Below, piece after piece: positions 52,401 through 58,327 of a DNA stretch of 64,000 nt. The stretch lies in the IMG/VR virus record IMGVR_UViG_3300010049_000010, positions 749 through 64,748 of that record. One strand, 5' to 3'. Each line of letters opens with the position of its first letter. Within the stretch, counting starts at the first letter, position 1. The DNA comes from a virus (taxonomy: Duplodnaviria; Heunggongvirae; Uroviricota; Caudoviricetes). Made by a program: the position numbers and the translations under genes. Below the pieces are notes generated by a model. It was not told the origin of the DNA. It did not search any database and worked only from the letters and a program-made list of their open reading frames with translations.

Positions 52401-54117
52401 ATAATTCACTATTTTTAGTGTAAGATATTATATTTCGTTCATTAACATATCCATCATCAGGAATTGAAATTGGTCCATATTCTATAACTCTATGTTCCGG
52501 AACTCCAGTTTCTTGATCATATTCAATTGTTTTTATATTTATATTTAATTCATCTTGATATAAAGTTAAAAATTGATTTGCTGACATATATAAAGTTCCA
52601 TCTTGATATGGATTTAAAGTAAATTTTCCTTCTTTAATATTTGAAGATTTTAAGAATTCTTTATAAATTGTTGTTAACGCATTTGGTTCACCTACAGCGT
52701 CATTAAAAAATTTATCTGTAAAAGTAGTATTTTTTATTAAGTTTTCTAAGCTATCTGTAATTCTGAAACTCATAAAAATTGGATTTAAATTTTTATCAAT
52801 TTTTACTTTAGTTATTAAATCAATAATAGGATCTGTAATACTTTCTGTTTTATTTAATTCAAGTCCAGAAGGTTTTTCTAAATATTCTAAATCAATTCTA
52901 ACTTTATAAGCATTTTCTTTAATAATATAATTTATATATGATGAGATAGTTTCAGCTTGTCCATTTTCATTTATGGTATTAAGATAAATTTTTTGTCCTG
53001 CATAAAAGTCATTAAACATCGTAGTTGGTGTTCTATGAGGATATCTGCTAATTGGATATTCATATAAATCATTGAGTGAAAATGGAGTTGGATATGCAGT
53101 TCCGTGAACTTTAACCGGCGGCTGATATTCATTTAAATAATCATAAGAAGAATTATCCCAGTCAATTAAGCGAAATTGTTTTCTAAATAAATTATGAAAT
53201 TGATTTACTGATCTATCATCTATAGTATCTGGTTTTGGGTCTAAATCACTAAACCATCTAAGTTTTTTACTAGCATTTAAATTTTTTATTACATTATTTT
53301 CTCTTTCATATGGAAGAATTGGAAGATATTGCGCGACTGGATGAACAGCGACATGCTGAAAAATTTCACTTCCAAATTGTAAATAACCAGATTTTGCGCC
53401 ATATAATTTTCTTCTAAATGCGTGATTAGTAAGATTTCTTACTTTCATTTTAAGAGCTTCTTCTTGATTAGCTCTCGTTTCTTCGTCCATATCTTCTAAA
53501 TCAGAATTAAGTTCTGTTACTATCCAATCAAAGAAAAGACAATCTGGGTTATAGTGTATAAGAGAACCTGCATGAATTATTTCATCATTTATTTCATTAG
53601 TTGTTAAAATTTCTGTATAGTCTGGATGGTCGGGATATAAAACGTTAAGATATCTATAACCTTCATGAAGCATAAAATCTATTTCAGGCAATAAACAACC
53701 TTGAATTTCAATTCTATGATATTCTGGATTTATTAGTTCTATACCATTTTTAGTGTAATTATAATACGGCACAGGTCCATAATCTTTTGCTCTAACACCG
53801 TTCACATATTTAGTAATAGATGGAACTATAACAATACCATCTTCATCAAAATATTCTACTCCATCTTCTGTTCCATAAAGAGGATCTTTGGGATCTTTGG
53901 GGGCGATATAATATTCTTGGTCATATGAAATGCTTGATGATCCTAAAAACCATTTCCACATGTCATTTTTCATTTTAGAATGCACCATATCATATAAGTC
54001 AATAGGTGGCATTTCATTGTTAGAGTGAACTCTTTTATTGGCTACAAATTCATCACTTGATGTGAAATTATTTAAATTCTTTTTATAATATCGTTCGTTT
54101 GGAGCAAAATATTCCAT
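40408..54117 (-). CDS. Giant 4569-aa baseplate/tail structural protein (gp7-like termini)
   Basis: N-terminal RNLTNHAFRRKLYGAKSG (baseplate gpI/gp7-type); C-terminal ITEMGLFNRRGELVAY (tail-collar/baseplate-type); internal coiled-coil region; one Asp-box (FFSDNEGKTF). Confidence 0.6.
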   Translation of the reverse strand: MEYFAPNERYYKKNLNNFTSSDEFVANKRVHSNNEMPPIDLYDMVHSKMKNDMWKWFLGSSSISYDQEYYIAPKDPKDPLYGTEDGVEYFDEDGIVIVPSITKYVNGVRAKDYGPVPYYNYTKNGIELINPEYHRIEIQGCLLPEIDFMLHEGYRYLNVLYPDHPDYTEILTTNEINDEIIHAGSLIHYNPDCLFFDWIVTELNSDLEDMDEETRANQEEALKMKVRNLTNHAFRRKLYGAKSGYLQFGSEIFQHVAVHPVAQYLPILPYERENNVIKNLNASKKLRWFSDLDPKPDTIDDRSVNQFHNLFRKQFRLIDWDNSSYDYLNEYQPPVKVHGTAYPTPFSLNDLYEYPISRYPHRTPTTMFNDFYAGQKIYLNTINENGQAETISSYINYIIKENAYKVRIDLEYLEKPSGLELNKTESITDPIIDLITKVKIDKNLNPIFMSFRITDSLENLIKNTTFTDKFFNDAVGEPNALTTIYKEFLKSSNIKEGKFTLNPYQDGTLYMSANQFLTLYQDELNINIKTIEYDQETGVPEHRVIEYGPISIPDDGYVNERNIISYTKNSELFASEIVGIGSGELKVKINNIVKIDFNRMRALIDNSTDEPVGTPGRKLAEHYGLVMEFGKNNSPDYVGKKVVFFGKFEPLVEDNFGGPDNRSMYNLNNFIFYIDAIPRVKDSMMLDAIYSDFSGLATQKFKDLVSLFRSGTTGRVGSPKYVDHYAAWNNCDTNFKLLIPIYNGILSDITTYNTNSTSSLQRIQNIFSRDLDIYQSLRIRQRGLETLYNEFLGVSLSTEAIRDKQLVELQKFYGTFVTASNRFLHEYTGSDLNQINRILERMSITLRNLRLTSILDETDKFKEIKISFENDKELLKNLNINLLNPILEISEEIITFSNDIISEKEFIDEEFLQITESLRLNIRGFIDENITSDISAFDQFISIVKNNYDKLLKRLSDEKDSEVNKILLERIISVIVKIITEMDFIRAEKFNLDGFNSRFNSFRTSFQNQLNIIIPFFNNDTHRTNAYSNEPGVLIDIVTSFRNGSTNQDLINSNPVILAYFNELIAETTNLQNLIKTFLGKAASAFTESMRLAEIIASNYSKLAPEKFKKLSIFNTRLNNLTQIIKEDEIVKNLNEIIDIYEEYNTVYFKWLALELAADLNTSYYRNLGGLTSEERLIYNNILRTDNILADYLPNRGFLLKPLNQENIYMTTSSDKESSYSILENRDNFLNILSISLDNYDEMVIYKNEAYYGKEGVIEEYSMGSLNTVSIINNDKDVDTVPEENFSCLQKEFLEIYDYSPTLKYKALNRDIYIAIDRSFDPRKFAYATPQFLEIFLPDDKINNIMGEVGQTHKVEIRSICVADSDVISFIDSESMYRMQSLSTGDQVIGPTIENDTFIMEINSEKNCITLNKKLNTSVDIVLTYLCKLNIFAKDNSKQFFKYRKELSRNSVIDSGSMIKHILQGQWPSLTFVNSTIDVSKFKDNLTKNLKKATDYTRFFNEHVVDLYAKNINLADNYVMPSIINANNNLYYELTAHRTYKELDRLKQRELNSPQGIFNFNRGREYIMKKEILDYFQNYVGEISRASDEVSIGVNINAFTYTNGVATRDNNIDSSFRTYGWNSRTMPYYVDIGIGKLSDDIFRKKDLEAQYESMEPKAYWNYDVYDNTDISSMTNEELKARGLDPSKIERSTYFVKEFDVNDERAYDPIYSIHKPIMRVYLGEYEVQKNIDFDGYLNRVFTTVQFSIIKQVFKDLSKMNEEDINILNRRFFELDLFKNIANNNRFIGDVEIIKPEQTSVFSYKGIWIPKSVKCENDYIIGYPPAPEFLDANYYYVITENTNLTNVIDMQKCPTPLDERLGTNYTIDGREIANFSYKAGTILLYNNFNNKWEIKDFIFNGLYGLQSELNKIVLPPPGDEETRVTIGNSIIPGVMFNDKTLLHKLLVKTIMNLGIIKSSEQNLALYSENELTKIYLNVINGTEITISDLDNNPSQEKIDAFPINFNNIYNINEHDILWFNYTCGYDKYNGQDHFNKCFIGNGQNMGLVLINNKFNLIFINTNKMFFLIDHSYRMATIRNFEYLTFVGRYGYTKDKNIFPIEIINKYKNKIDLGYKNILRGTTDIKFSVIPKFKVKGYFYDENDEIDYNEDISYYYKLGTDGQRTDIKFDPEKEVEDEDGNIIKVDLEEWENLNDIAKEEIRHFLDITEDKIYYDKNYDTLYSYNTINNERKKFAIDQQNNKYFKNLLYIYGQYQKIEAMVDGVVADQAVISGIEGIRFNSNDLSLFDRILQIEQVNVRSPYNVNLESVLFSNYCNIEGLFKGIYIDFANNKQYLSVNYKYDREPIHTSNKMKFLTEIQKLQPVKIINNESILYPENEINFGESRWQDGSLIYTPNIRDMRITKSLTDGMNTFIYFRNLLVLEGEIDISEPSKIYFNNNPKLGDALTYVRKNDDIKDLISISSSTFNDYKTYEFSGEVATTPSDIKFMDYRRGILFVIDQQDKIFYYKTPLLRIPDRLELTGENRLPGASFTLTETGTNNIYSANSLSWDLKKNLWIIGAYKKEAVTNQQDFPVIFSVRIDPIDASDYKLERIYAAPFEGGDLNTYESIQIRDNYVGDERHDNLIKNYKNVITRDVAFSEISYVEPAQAITWSGTGSQTPHDRDAGPQKQSFIISGTGNGTNNISVRRDFNITGIGLDNYKVIDFSFKKVATTQETSISFGILNRLSTNGTDQVHQVWIYNHSLQRWIVSENPILSTNFITNNTNLEETKVTTYVVGHNFGRFSKDSHTDIYNSLIAGQFLWKLPRAEISQNINIAAIVLAPGVTSARFEINIAQATPNCYHIYDFSVKDPKRILTHNIPEYGTTNTITNVPQFYTEGPYQILTGNDNENRAKKWTAYNSLNNQVIISGRDIFFYTKTNCYISKDLKNPTTDGRERALLPNGLTDNYHWKRARLPSSINVTYKLFDELNLSQAYRFVKLQRDIYLKYLGNRSGDAQTIKAWITANDVLEFPVEDNIPREITLNGIEFHHTENGKIPNFRTAAITKWSSPQETFYELGYTVSKYMVKQNYIRYLMDYYSAICSGERVDYFFNHDTIKDVTLTNTQLIIQTNKDDIITFPLEKATSRDNIENYNNWNITNLGTNYVYGLTSTNIKTQTVGFGNQYRPFGVYPSGNVAKYFTIMGKYINDNFQIYSGYISAPISECNRLNDTEDGRIERETLINFLPSDGTRIVSNKYPVVFFSDNEGKTFYEVNIPTTGAIPSLNAIGSLNIFADSIYRTGNEIRIMFKSGTNNGSSDLGFMTLMLVGDSIINDGQLKNMSNVKLGDLKATWKNFRLENYNGVLCNGYLNSDNLEISYSKKFCLELPFNFNIERGTRITKVGDDIIEYVSSVTPANSSEFVHVLVSIESSNLIENPTRFLEFKNEYLDSNGDFLVRSFIKVDDPKFANRLYSPRENLTPELRLEDKRGIPAISEDTNRYTYEYDTFVDANNEEVHNYRESLNYENQPIYLCDIKGDYMRMLDPWYHQDTNFTMKDLITENIDYRTLLRAPLLKSDYKPEENQDDFQILMAEIDVKQIHNLNFNRNNPDLQIDVNNDISKVINFLIDNNLLYEWPTEDNQIITASQMDRDTDDPQLNPYRIRRKELNPIKINQSFIDLVSDIERKDGPFGPYYKKNLSMRFAPYLYNNKYYVLDTSNSTLFIKGNINFYLNISMPYEFNSEQTSFYNENFNFFEDIILPVEEGLEINGIYIKPKGYGGSLLNKNFVLERPEHIDHHAFKRKLVKNRFDEYVYLTDKYGNKMNSKNGLFWLNPHEDTKFDYGNLIKKENKIKFYKTEEEYEKNNFVEYNLYKLESAPLNIYTPKKTVYLYRDITRDQLNEDKIMLTLMRLSKAGISISSTKIRDFYNIEFMDFLDNSIEGFEYDIENQQVLFNCKDFNIPSIENNKLFIHVTDENNKLTTHELDVSYLKEIGKIVDIDVIDFNREEFFGNNIANIKFDGRTISRNIVLSSIDFSLISFSDSIRVDSYGIPEDLTISIPMINYEQSLRNLRITNNNENFNLDIRNYELEILTNKDWIIGNSIRYEVYSKDQLYTGQKYMIMNDNMMSVIMNGNTIIKKLNVVTAIPFEIDYFTTGKYIFTRIPNELKEILTHTTPILIDGLFGNVLFNKPTFENFKELTDVKGSIIEFKERIILGEYKGKDINEISYIANDFSRFNLFNLIGEKEDKLNDGENHFIRMKLLPLNTIYPQIKYLNNPDYVQEVSYLETKLFGFDRIFINTEIYPPPPVTIRNVIYNNNSLPMYLNNNWTNKDGFKIFLSDENGIFIKPWVQNGQIQWSPVGNEYGDCRNEIYGTTDPRLNLLEPLYKTTIDWFKSEYYIEGKEINPFVININIKDNYDEKFKDFITSLSLTVPTKQGDNFIQMPVTNSYLSDIDNSIQYEYNFIENKLIQKSSIEIIDHTEGIINFIVNGPPDDYQYDKYKFLYGIKYLNSFYGISGEYGDIWSSKIELQNKINLSFYLNTKENVLDKRDREYGVVDITEMGLFNRRGELVAYLTHPIAQYRSNLNHISYSLLLEEIA

Positions 54118-54148
54118 AATAATTAGTTAAGAATAGAAAGGACCGAAT

Positions 54149-54493
54149 TTAGATGATTTTTAAATCAATATGACCAGCATCTCTGGAAAAATGGGCGTCT
54201 TGAATAGCGATTCTAAGATTCCGCGAATTATCAAAATAATTCTCTGATAATTCACATCTTATATTAGTGTGTGTAATTCTTTTAGCTGTATCAACTATTC
54301 TATTTAGCATATATTCACAATTATACATTAATCTAGCGTCTTTTCTCTGAAAATATAAATGAGGAATAATGTATAATTCAAAGATTATCTCAAACGTTTC
54401 TAACATGTCATTAATAAAATCTCTTTTAGGAGGCAATTCCATAATATCTTCAAAGCCTCTGCAAATATTTCTATATTCTAATTCCGATAACAT
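54149..54493 (-). CDS. Hypothetical protein
   Basis: 114-aa ORF preceded by GTTAATATA-N5-ATG. Confidence 0.6.
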   Translation of the reverse strand: MLSELEYRNICRGFEDIMELPPKRDFINDMLETFEIIFELYIIPHLYFQRKDARLMYNCEYMLNRIVDTAKRITHTNIRCELSENYFDNSRNLRIAIQDAHFSRDAGHIDLKII

Positions 54494-54515
54494 ATTAGTA
54501 TATTAACTATTTAAT

Positions 54516-54998
54516 ATGGAAGAAATAATTACAACCAACGAAATTGTTGCAGTCGAGACTATTAAAGAACTCGCTAATTTAGATAAAGAAGAACATTCTT
54601 CAGTTAAACTTATAGAAGATTCGCTTGCTGGATTTTTGGGTAAAACTTTTCAAATGGCTATTGATGAAGATGATTATCAAAAACAGATTAAAGACGCTAT
54701 AATAGCGAAGTTACCAGATATGAAACCATCTGAATTAATTGCTTTGGCGACTAGCGCATCAACTAATAAAAATGATCTCATATCTAAACTTGTAACTCCA
54801 ACGATGCAGCTTTTAACTGCTGCCCAACAAAATGAATTATCATTAAGACAGCAGGAAAAGCAGCCAGTATTATCACAAACTAATATTCGTGAAATAAATC
54901 ATGCAGCCCCTGGAGAGATACTCCAAGGACTGCAAGCACTTTTTCATGTAGCAACTACACTTAAACAAAAAGACGATTTTATAGAGACGGTGTCCTAA
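54516..54998 (+). CDS. Hypothetical helical protein
   Basis: 160-aa ORF preceded by ACTATTTA-AT-ATG. Confidence 0.65.
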   Translation: MEEIITTNEIVAVETIKELANLDKEEHSSVKLIEDSLAGFLGKTFQMAIDEDDYQKQIKDAIIAKLPDMKPSELIALATSASTNKNDLISKLVTPTMQLLTAAQQNELSLRQQEKQPVLSQTNIREINHAAPGEILQGLQALFHVATTLKQKDDFIETVS

Positions 54999-55266
54999 TA
55001 CTACCAGATGATGGCATGCGCGGCATGCTTGATTTTGCTTGACTCATCATTGAACTCATATTTGGCATAGATGAACTTTGTCCATCTTGTTGTTTCTTTT
55101 GTTCTTCGTTTTCTTTTTCAATTACGCCTTTCTTTGCATTCCATAAGCCTATCAATATATGAGTAGGCATTTTCATCATTTCATTATAACCAAAGCCACA
55201 ATCCCTAGACAAGAGAAATAGTAGTCTTAGTAGTTCCTGTGTCTCTAATGGCCGTGAGTAAATCAA
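54979..55266 (-). CDS. gp51-like/tail-chaperone C-terminal extension, probably reached by frameshift
   Basis: LFLLSRDCGFGYNEMMKMP...LWN matches the pattern of chaperone second frames; no SD-linked ATG; overlaps the upstream gene in the +1 frame. Confidence 0.55.
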   Translation of the reverse strand: MIYSRPLETQELLRLLFLLSRDCGFGYNEMMKMPTHILIGLWNAKKGVIEKENEEQKKQQDGQSSSMPNMSSMMSQAKSSMPRMPSSGSIRTPSL

Positions 55267-56323
55267 TGAGTTGAAAGGTATATTTCCGTGTAACGACTTT
55301 TTCTAAAATGGGGTCGCGTACGGTTATATCCTCCTTATACCCAAATTGTAATTCACTAAATTTATCTTGAACCATCTTAAATGTAGTATAGTCCAATCTT
55401 GCATCTTTTGCTAATTGTAATTTCCTTTCTAAAGTCCAACCTGAAACATCTTCTCCGTCAAACTCAGCAAGATATAAAGCTTTAGAAGCTGTAATGCTAA
55501 ACAAAGATTTTTCCGTTTCAAATTCTTTAAATTTATCATATTCAGTTTTGGGCACTTGAGGAATAGAAGCAAGATTTACGTTCTCACCATTCTGTAATTT
55601 TTCTTCCATTTCTCTTCTAAATTTAATCATTTCTGCAATTCTTGCGAATTTTCTATCTTCTTCTTTGTAAATAGAATCTATAAAAAACTTAAGCGTGATA
55701 AAATCACCAAATTTTGGAAGCGTAAATACTGCGCTGAAGTTCTTACCGGCAAAATCCCTATTTATTTTAGCTCTAACTTTAAAATCATCTGGAAGTTCGT
55801 GGAATTCTAATTTAGATATATCAATATCAAAAGTTGGTTTCCAAACTTTAGTTTTAAGAGCTCTTTCTCTTTCTCTGAATTCATCTGAATCAGGCCCACC
55901 ATGTTGAGCCTTTAAGAAATCCCAATCTTCCTCAGTTAAAATCCATTCTTGATTTGGGAATATTGTCGTATAAAAAGTTTCATAGAGTAAAAGCAATAAT
56001 TCTATTACTTCTTTTTCGTGAAAGTTTTTAACAGATAATGCAGGATCATTACTTGGATTAAAAATTAAACTGTCTAAGACTTTAATAAGCTTAATTGGAA
56101 CATCTTCTTGATCTGATAATCCTAGATTCATTAAATCTTCTGGACTAAAGTTTCTAATATAGAATTTTGAGGGAGCTCCAATTTTTCCTTTAGTTGATAA
56201 AACAACTTCTATATATCCTTCCGGCGCCGACATTTTATCTTCAAATTCTTGTCTAGCTCTACTTAACTTTTTTTCTAAGTTAGGATTGGTGCCTTCTCCA
56301 CCAATTTCGTTAAATTCTGCCAT
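55205..56323 (-). CDS. Baseplate hub/tail assembly chaperone (gp26-like)
   Basis: IEVVLSTKGKIGAPSKFYIRNFSPEDL and VFTLPKFGD match the gp26-family duplicated motifs; AAGGAG SD. Confidence 0.6.
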   Translation of the reverse strand: MAEFNEIGGEGTNPNLEKKLSRARQEFEDKMSAPEGYIEVVLSTKGKIGAPSKFYIRNFSPEDLMNLGLSDQEDVPIKLIKVLDSLIFNPSNDPALSVKNFHEKEVIELLLLLYETFYTTIFPNQEWILTEEDWDFLKAQHGGPDSDEFRERERALKTKVWKPTFDIDISKLEFHELPDDFKVRAKINRDFAGKNFSAVFTLPKFGDFITLKFFIDSIYKEEDRKFARIAEMIKFRREMEEKLQNGENVNLASIPQVPKTEYDKFKEFETEKSLFSITASKALYLAEFDGEDVSGWTLERKLQLAKDARLDYTTFKMVQDKFSELQFGYKEDITVRDPILEKVVTRKYTFQLIDLLTAIRDTGTTKTTISLV

Positions 56324-56559
56324 TTTTTACTCCTTGTAATTTTAGAATTATAATTTTGTTCATAGAAATCTTTTAAATCTTTGATATTCATACCGTAAGA
56401 AAAATATGCGAACATAAGATCATTAACAGGTATTTTTTCTTCAAGACTTCTTCTTATGTAATATCTTGAAATGTTTAACATCTTCGCTGCGACACTCTCA
56501 TTAATAAAAACTTTCTCACTTCCGAGTTCTATAATTTGAGTTCTTATTCTATTTGTCAT
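56275..56559 (-). CDS. NUMOD1/HTH-like DNA-binding module of the homing endonuclease
   Basis: KVFINESVAAKMLNISRYYIRRSL; GAGGT SD; ATGA overlap with the nuclease ORF. Confidence 0.45.
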   Translation of the reverse strand: MTNRIRTQIIELGSEKVFINESVAAKMLNISRYYIRRSLEEKIPVNDLMFAYFSYGMNIKDLKDFYEQNYNSKITRSKKWQNLTKLVEKAPILT

Positions 56560-57113
56560 CTTATACCTCTTAAAGCATTTCCAACAATATCTGACTTATT
56601 TACAGAAAAACTTCCAACATTTATATCATTTTTTGGTTTTTCATTAATAAATATACCTACATTATTAAGGTCTTCTTTCCAATGAATATTTGAACAACTA
56701 TCCATTTTTTCTAAACCCTTTTTTATAGCTTTTTCAAAAGTTAAAATAAACTCTTGTTTATAAAAACCCATTGTGTAAAGTTTTCTTTTCTTTTCCTTAA
56801 ATTGATTAGACTTAAAATATCCACCATATCCTCCTGGAATTATATTTAATAATAATGGGTCATTTTTTTCAAGCAAAGGACTAATATATTTCTCCTCTAA
56901 TTTTCCTAATTCATATCTTGAATAAGCCCATTCTAAAATTTCTATTGATAATAATGATTTATCGAACCAATATTGAATACACTTACCTGACCCAAAATAT
57001 TTTGGATCAAAACATGAACTTTTATGTAAACCAATATAATATGGAATTCCTATTCTATCATAAGCATTTTCTGGAAAAGTAGTTTTATAAATATATCCAT
57101 AAGGTGATTTCAT
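56556..57113 (-). mobile_element. Free-standing GIY-YIG (Seg-like) homing endonuclease
   Basis: YGYIYKTT...YYIGLH...YFGSG and EILE...ELGKLEEKYI...N are the GIY-YIG catalytic motifs. Confidence 0.8.
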
Positions 57114-57204
57114 ATTATTTAGTTACATTTGTAAAAATCTTAAATTTCTATGAAGATTTACAATTATTTACAATAAAAATCTTATACTTTCCTTATTGTA
57201 AATT

Positions 57205-57212
57205 ACTAAATA
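57205..57212 (+). promoter_or_regulatory. Class A motif ACTAAATA followed by an SD-led gene
   Basis: ACTAAATA-AAATAAGGAG...ATG at 57231. Confidence 0.6.
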
Positions 57213-57230
57213 AAATAAGGAGAATAAATT

Positions 57231-58283
57231 ATGCAAGCAATGACGCATGTTAAGTTTCCTGGACCTCCAGGATTTCATTTGCCAGGACATGGCGACCCAA
57301 TAAAAGACCCAAACGATTTAGATGCTTCTAATAATAAAAAACCACCAAAACATAATGGTGCGGAAGAGATTAGACACTTAAATCAATATATGGGTTATTT
57401 TACAACACCAGAAGGAGATGTTCCTGTATCAGTAGTAGCTGACTCAATTAAAGAAGCAGCGAAAATATTACAAATGCCTGGCGTATATGGTGAAGACACA
57501 ACTGAGCCATCAACAATTAAATTAGTGAAAGGAAGAATTGCAGTTTCCGTTCCAGTTAGAATGTCTGGATTTAGAGTTAGAATTAATCCAAAAGGCGCGG
57601 AGGAATCAGGCGCATATGCAACACCTGCCCATGCAGACGTAAAAAATGGCACTGAAGTTATTTTTACAGCCCACGAACCATTCGCTTGGAAATTTAGAGG
57701 TTGGTATAAAAATGGACAATTACTTTCAACAGCAAAGGTTTCAACAATTGAAGTTTATGACCCGTATTCTTCACTCATTGAATATGAAGCAAGATATGAT
57801 TTTGACCCACAATTAAGAAACGGAAGATATCTCGAACTCGGACACGGTTGGTATTTTGATTTTAAATTTGATGGATGGGCAGCTGATGATATGGGCAATC
57901 CATTTAAAGGCAAAGTAGTAACTTATATGAATTACTCACCTGGCCTTTATTATGATCCAAAAACAATTCCAGTTCCGGGCGGCGCGCCTCACGAAAATCC
58001 GCCGCCAAGATCAGAATGGCTTCCAACAGCTGATTATCATTACGTAATTAATGATTATGTAGTAATGGAAGATGGTAGATCAAGACTTACACTTATTGCT
58101 AATCCTTCAATGGTACAAGATCCAGTTGGATGTGGAATGACTTTAATTCTTACACCATCTGCAATTGGATTTAACCTAGCGGTCGAGCATATTCAAGTAG
58201 ATAATCCATTTGGTATAATTGCTGGACAACAACTCGCTCTTAAATGGGTTGGAGATCACAACAAGTTAATGAATAACTTATAA
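57231..58283 (+). CDS. Putative head decoration/surface protein with a bacterial-repeat (InlB B-repeat-like) domain
   Basis: VIFTAHEPFAWKFRGWYKNG...YEARY; own motif, AAGGAG SD and terminator. Confidence 0.4.
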   Translation: MQAMTHVKFPGPPGFHLPGHGDPIKDPNDLDASNNKKPPKHNGAEEIRHLNQYMGYFTTPEGDVPVSVVADSIKEAAKILQMPGVYGEDTTEPSTIKLVKGRIAVSVPVRMSGFRVRINPKGAEESGAYATPAHADVKNGTEVIFTAHEPFAWKFRGWYKNGQLLSTAKVSTIEVYDPYSSLIEYEARYDFDPQLRNGRYLELGHGWYFDFKFDGWAADDMGNPFKGKVVTYMNYSPGLYYDPKTIPVPGGAPHENPPPRSEWLPTADYHYVINDYVVMEDGRSRLTLIANPSMVQDPVGCGMTLILTPSAIGFNLAVEHIQVDNPFGIIAGQQLALKWVGDHNKLMNNL

Positions 58284-58288
58284 TTTAC

Positions 58289-58313
58289 AAGCCCGGGTAA
58301 CACCGGGCTTTTT
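58289..58313 (+). terminator. Rho-independent terminator
   Basis: AAGCCCGG-GTAACA-CCGGGCTT followed by TTT. Confidence 0.88.
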
Positions 58314-58327
58314 ATTTACTAATTATT

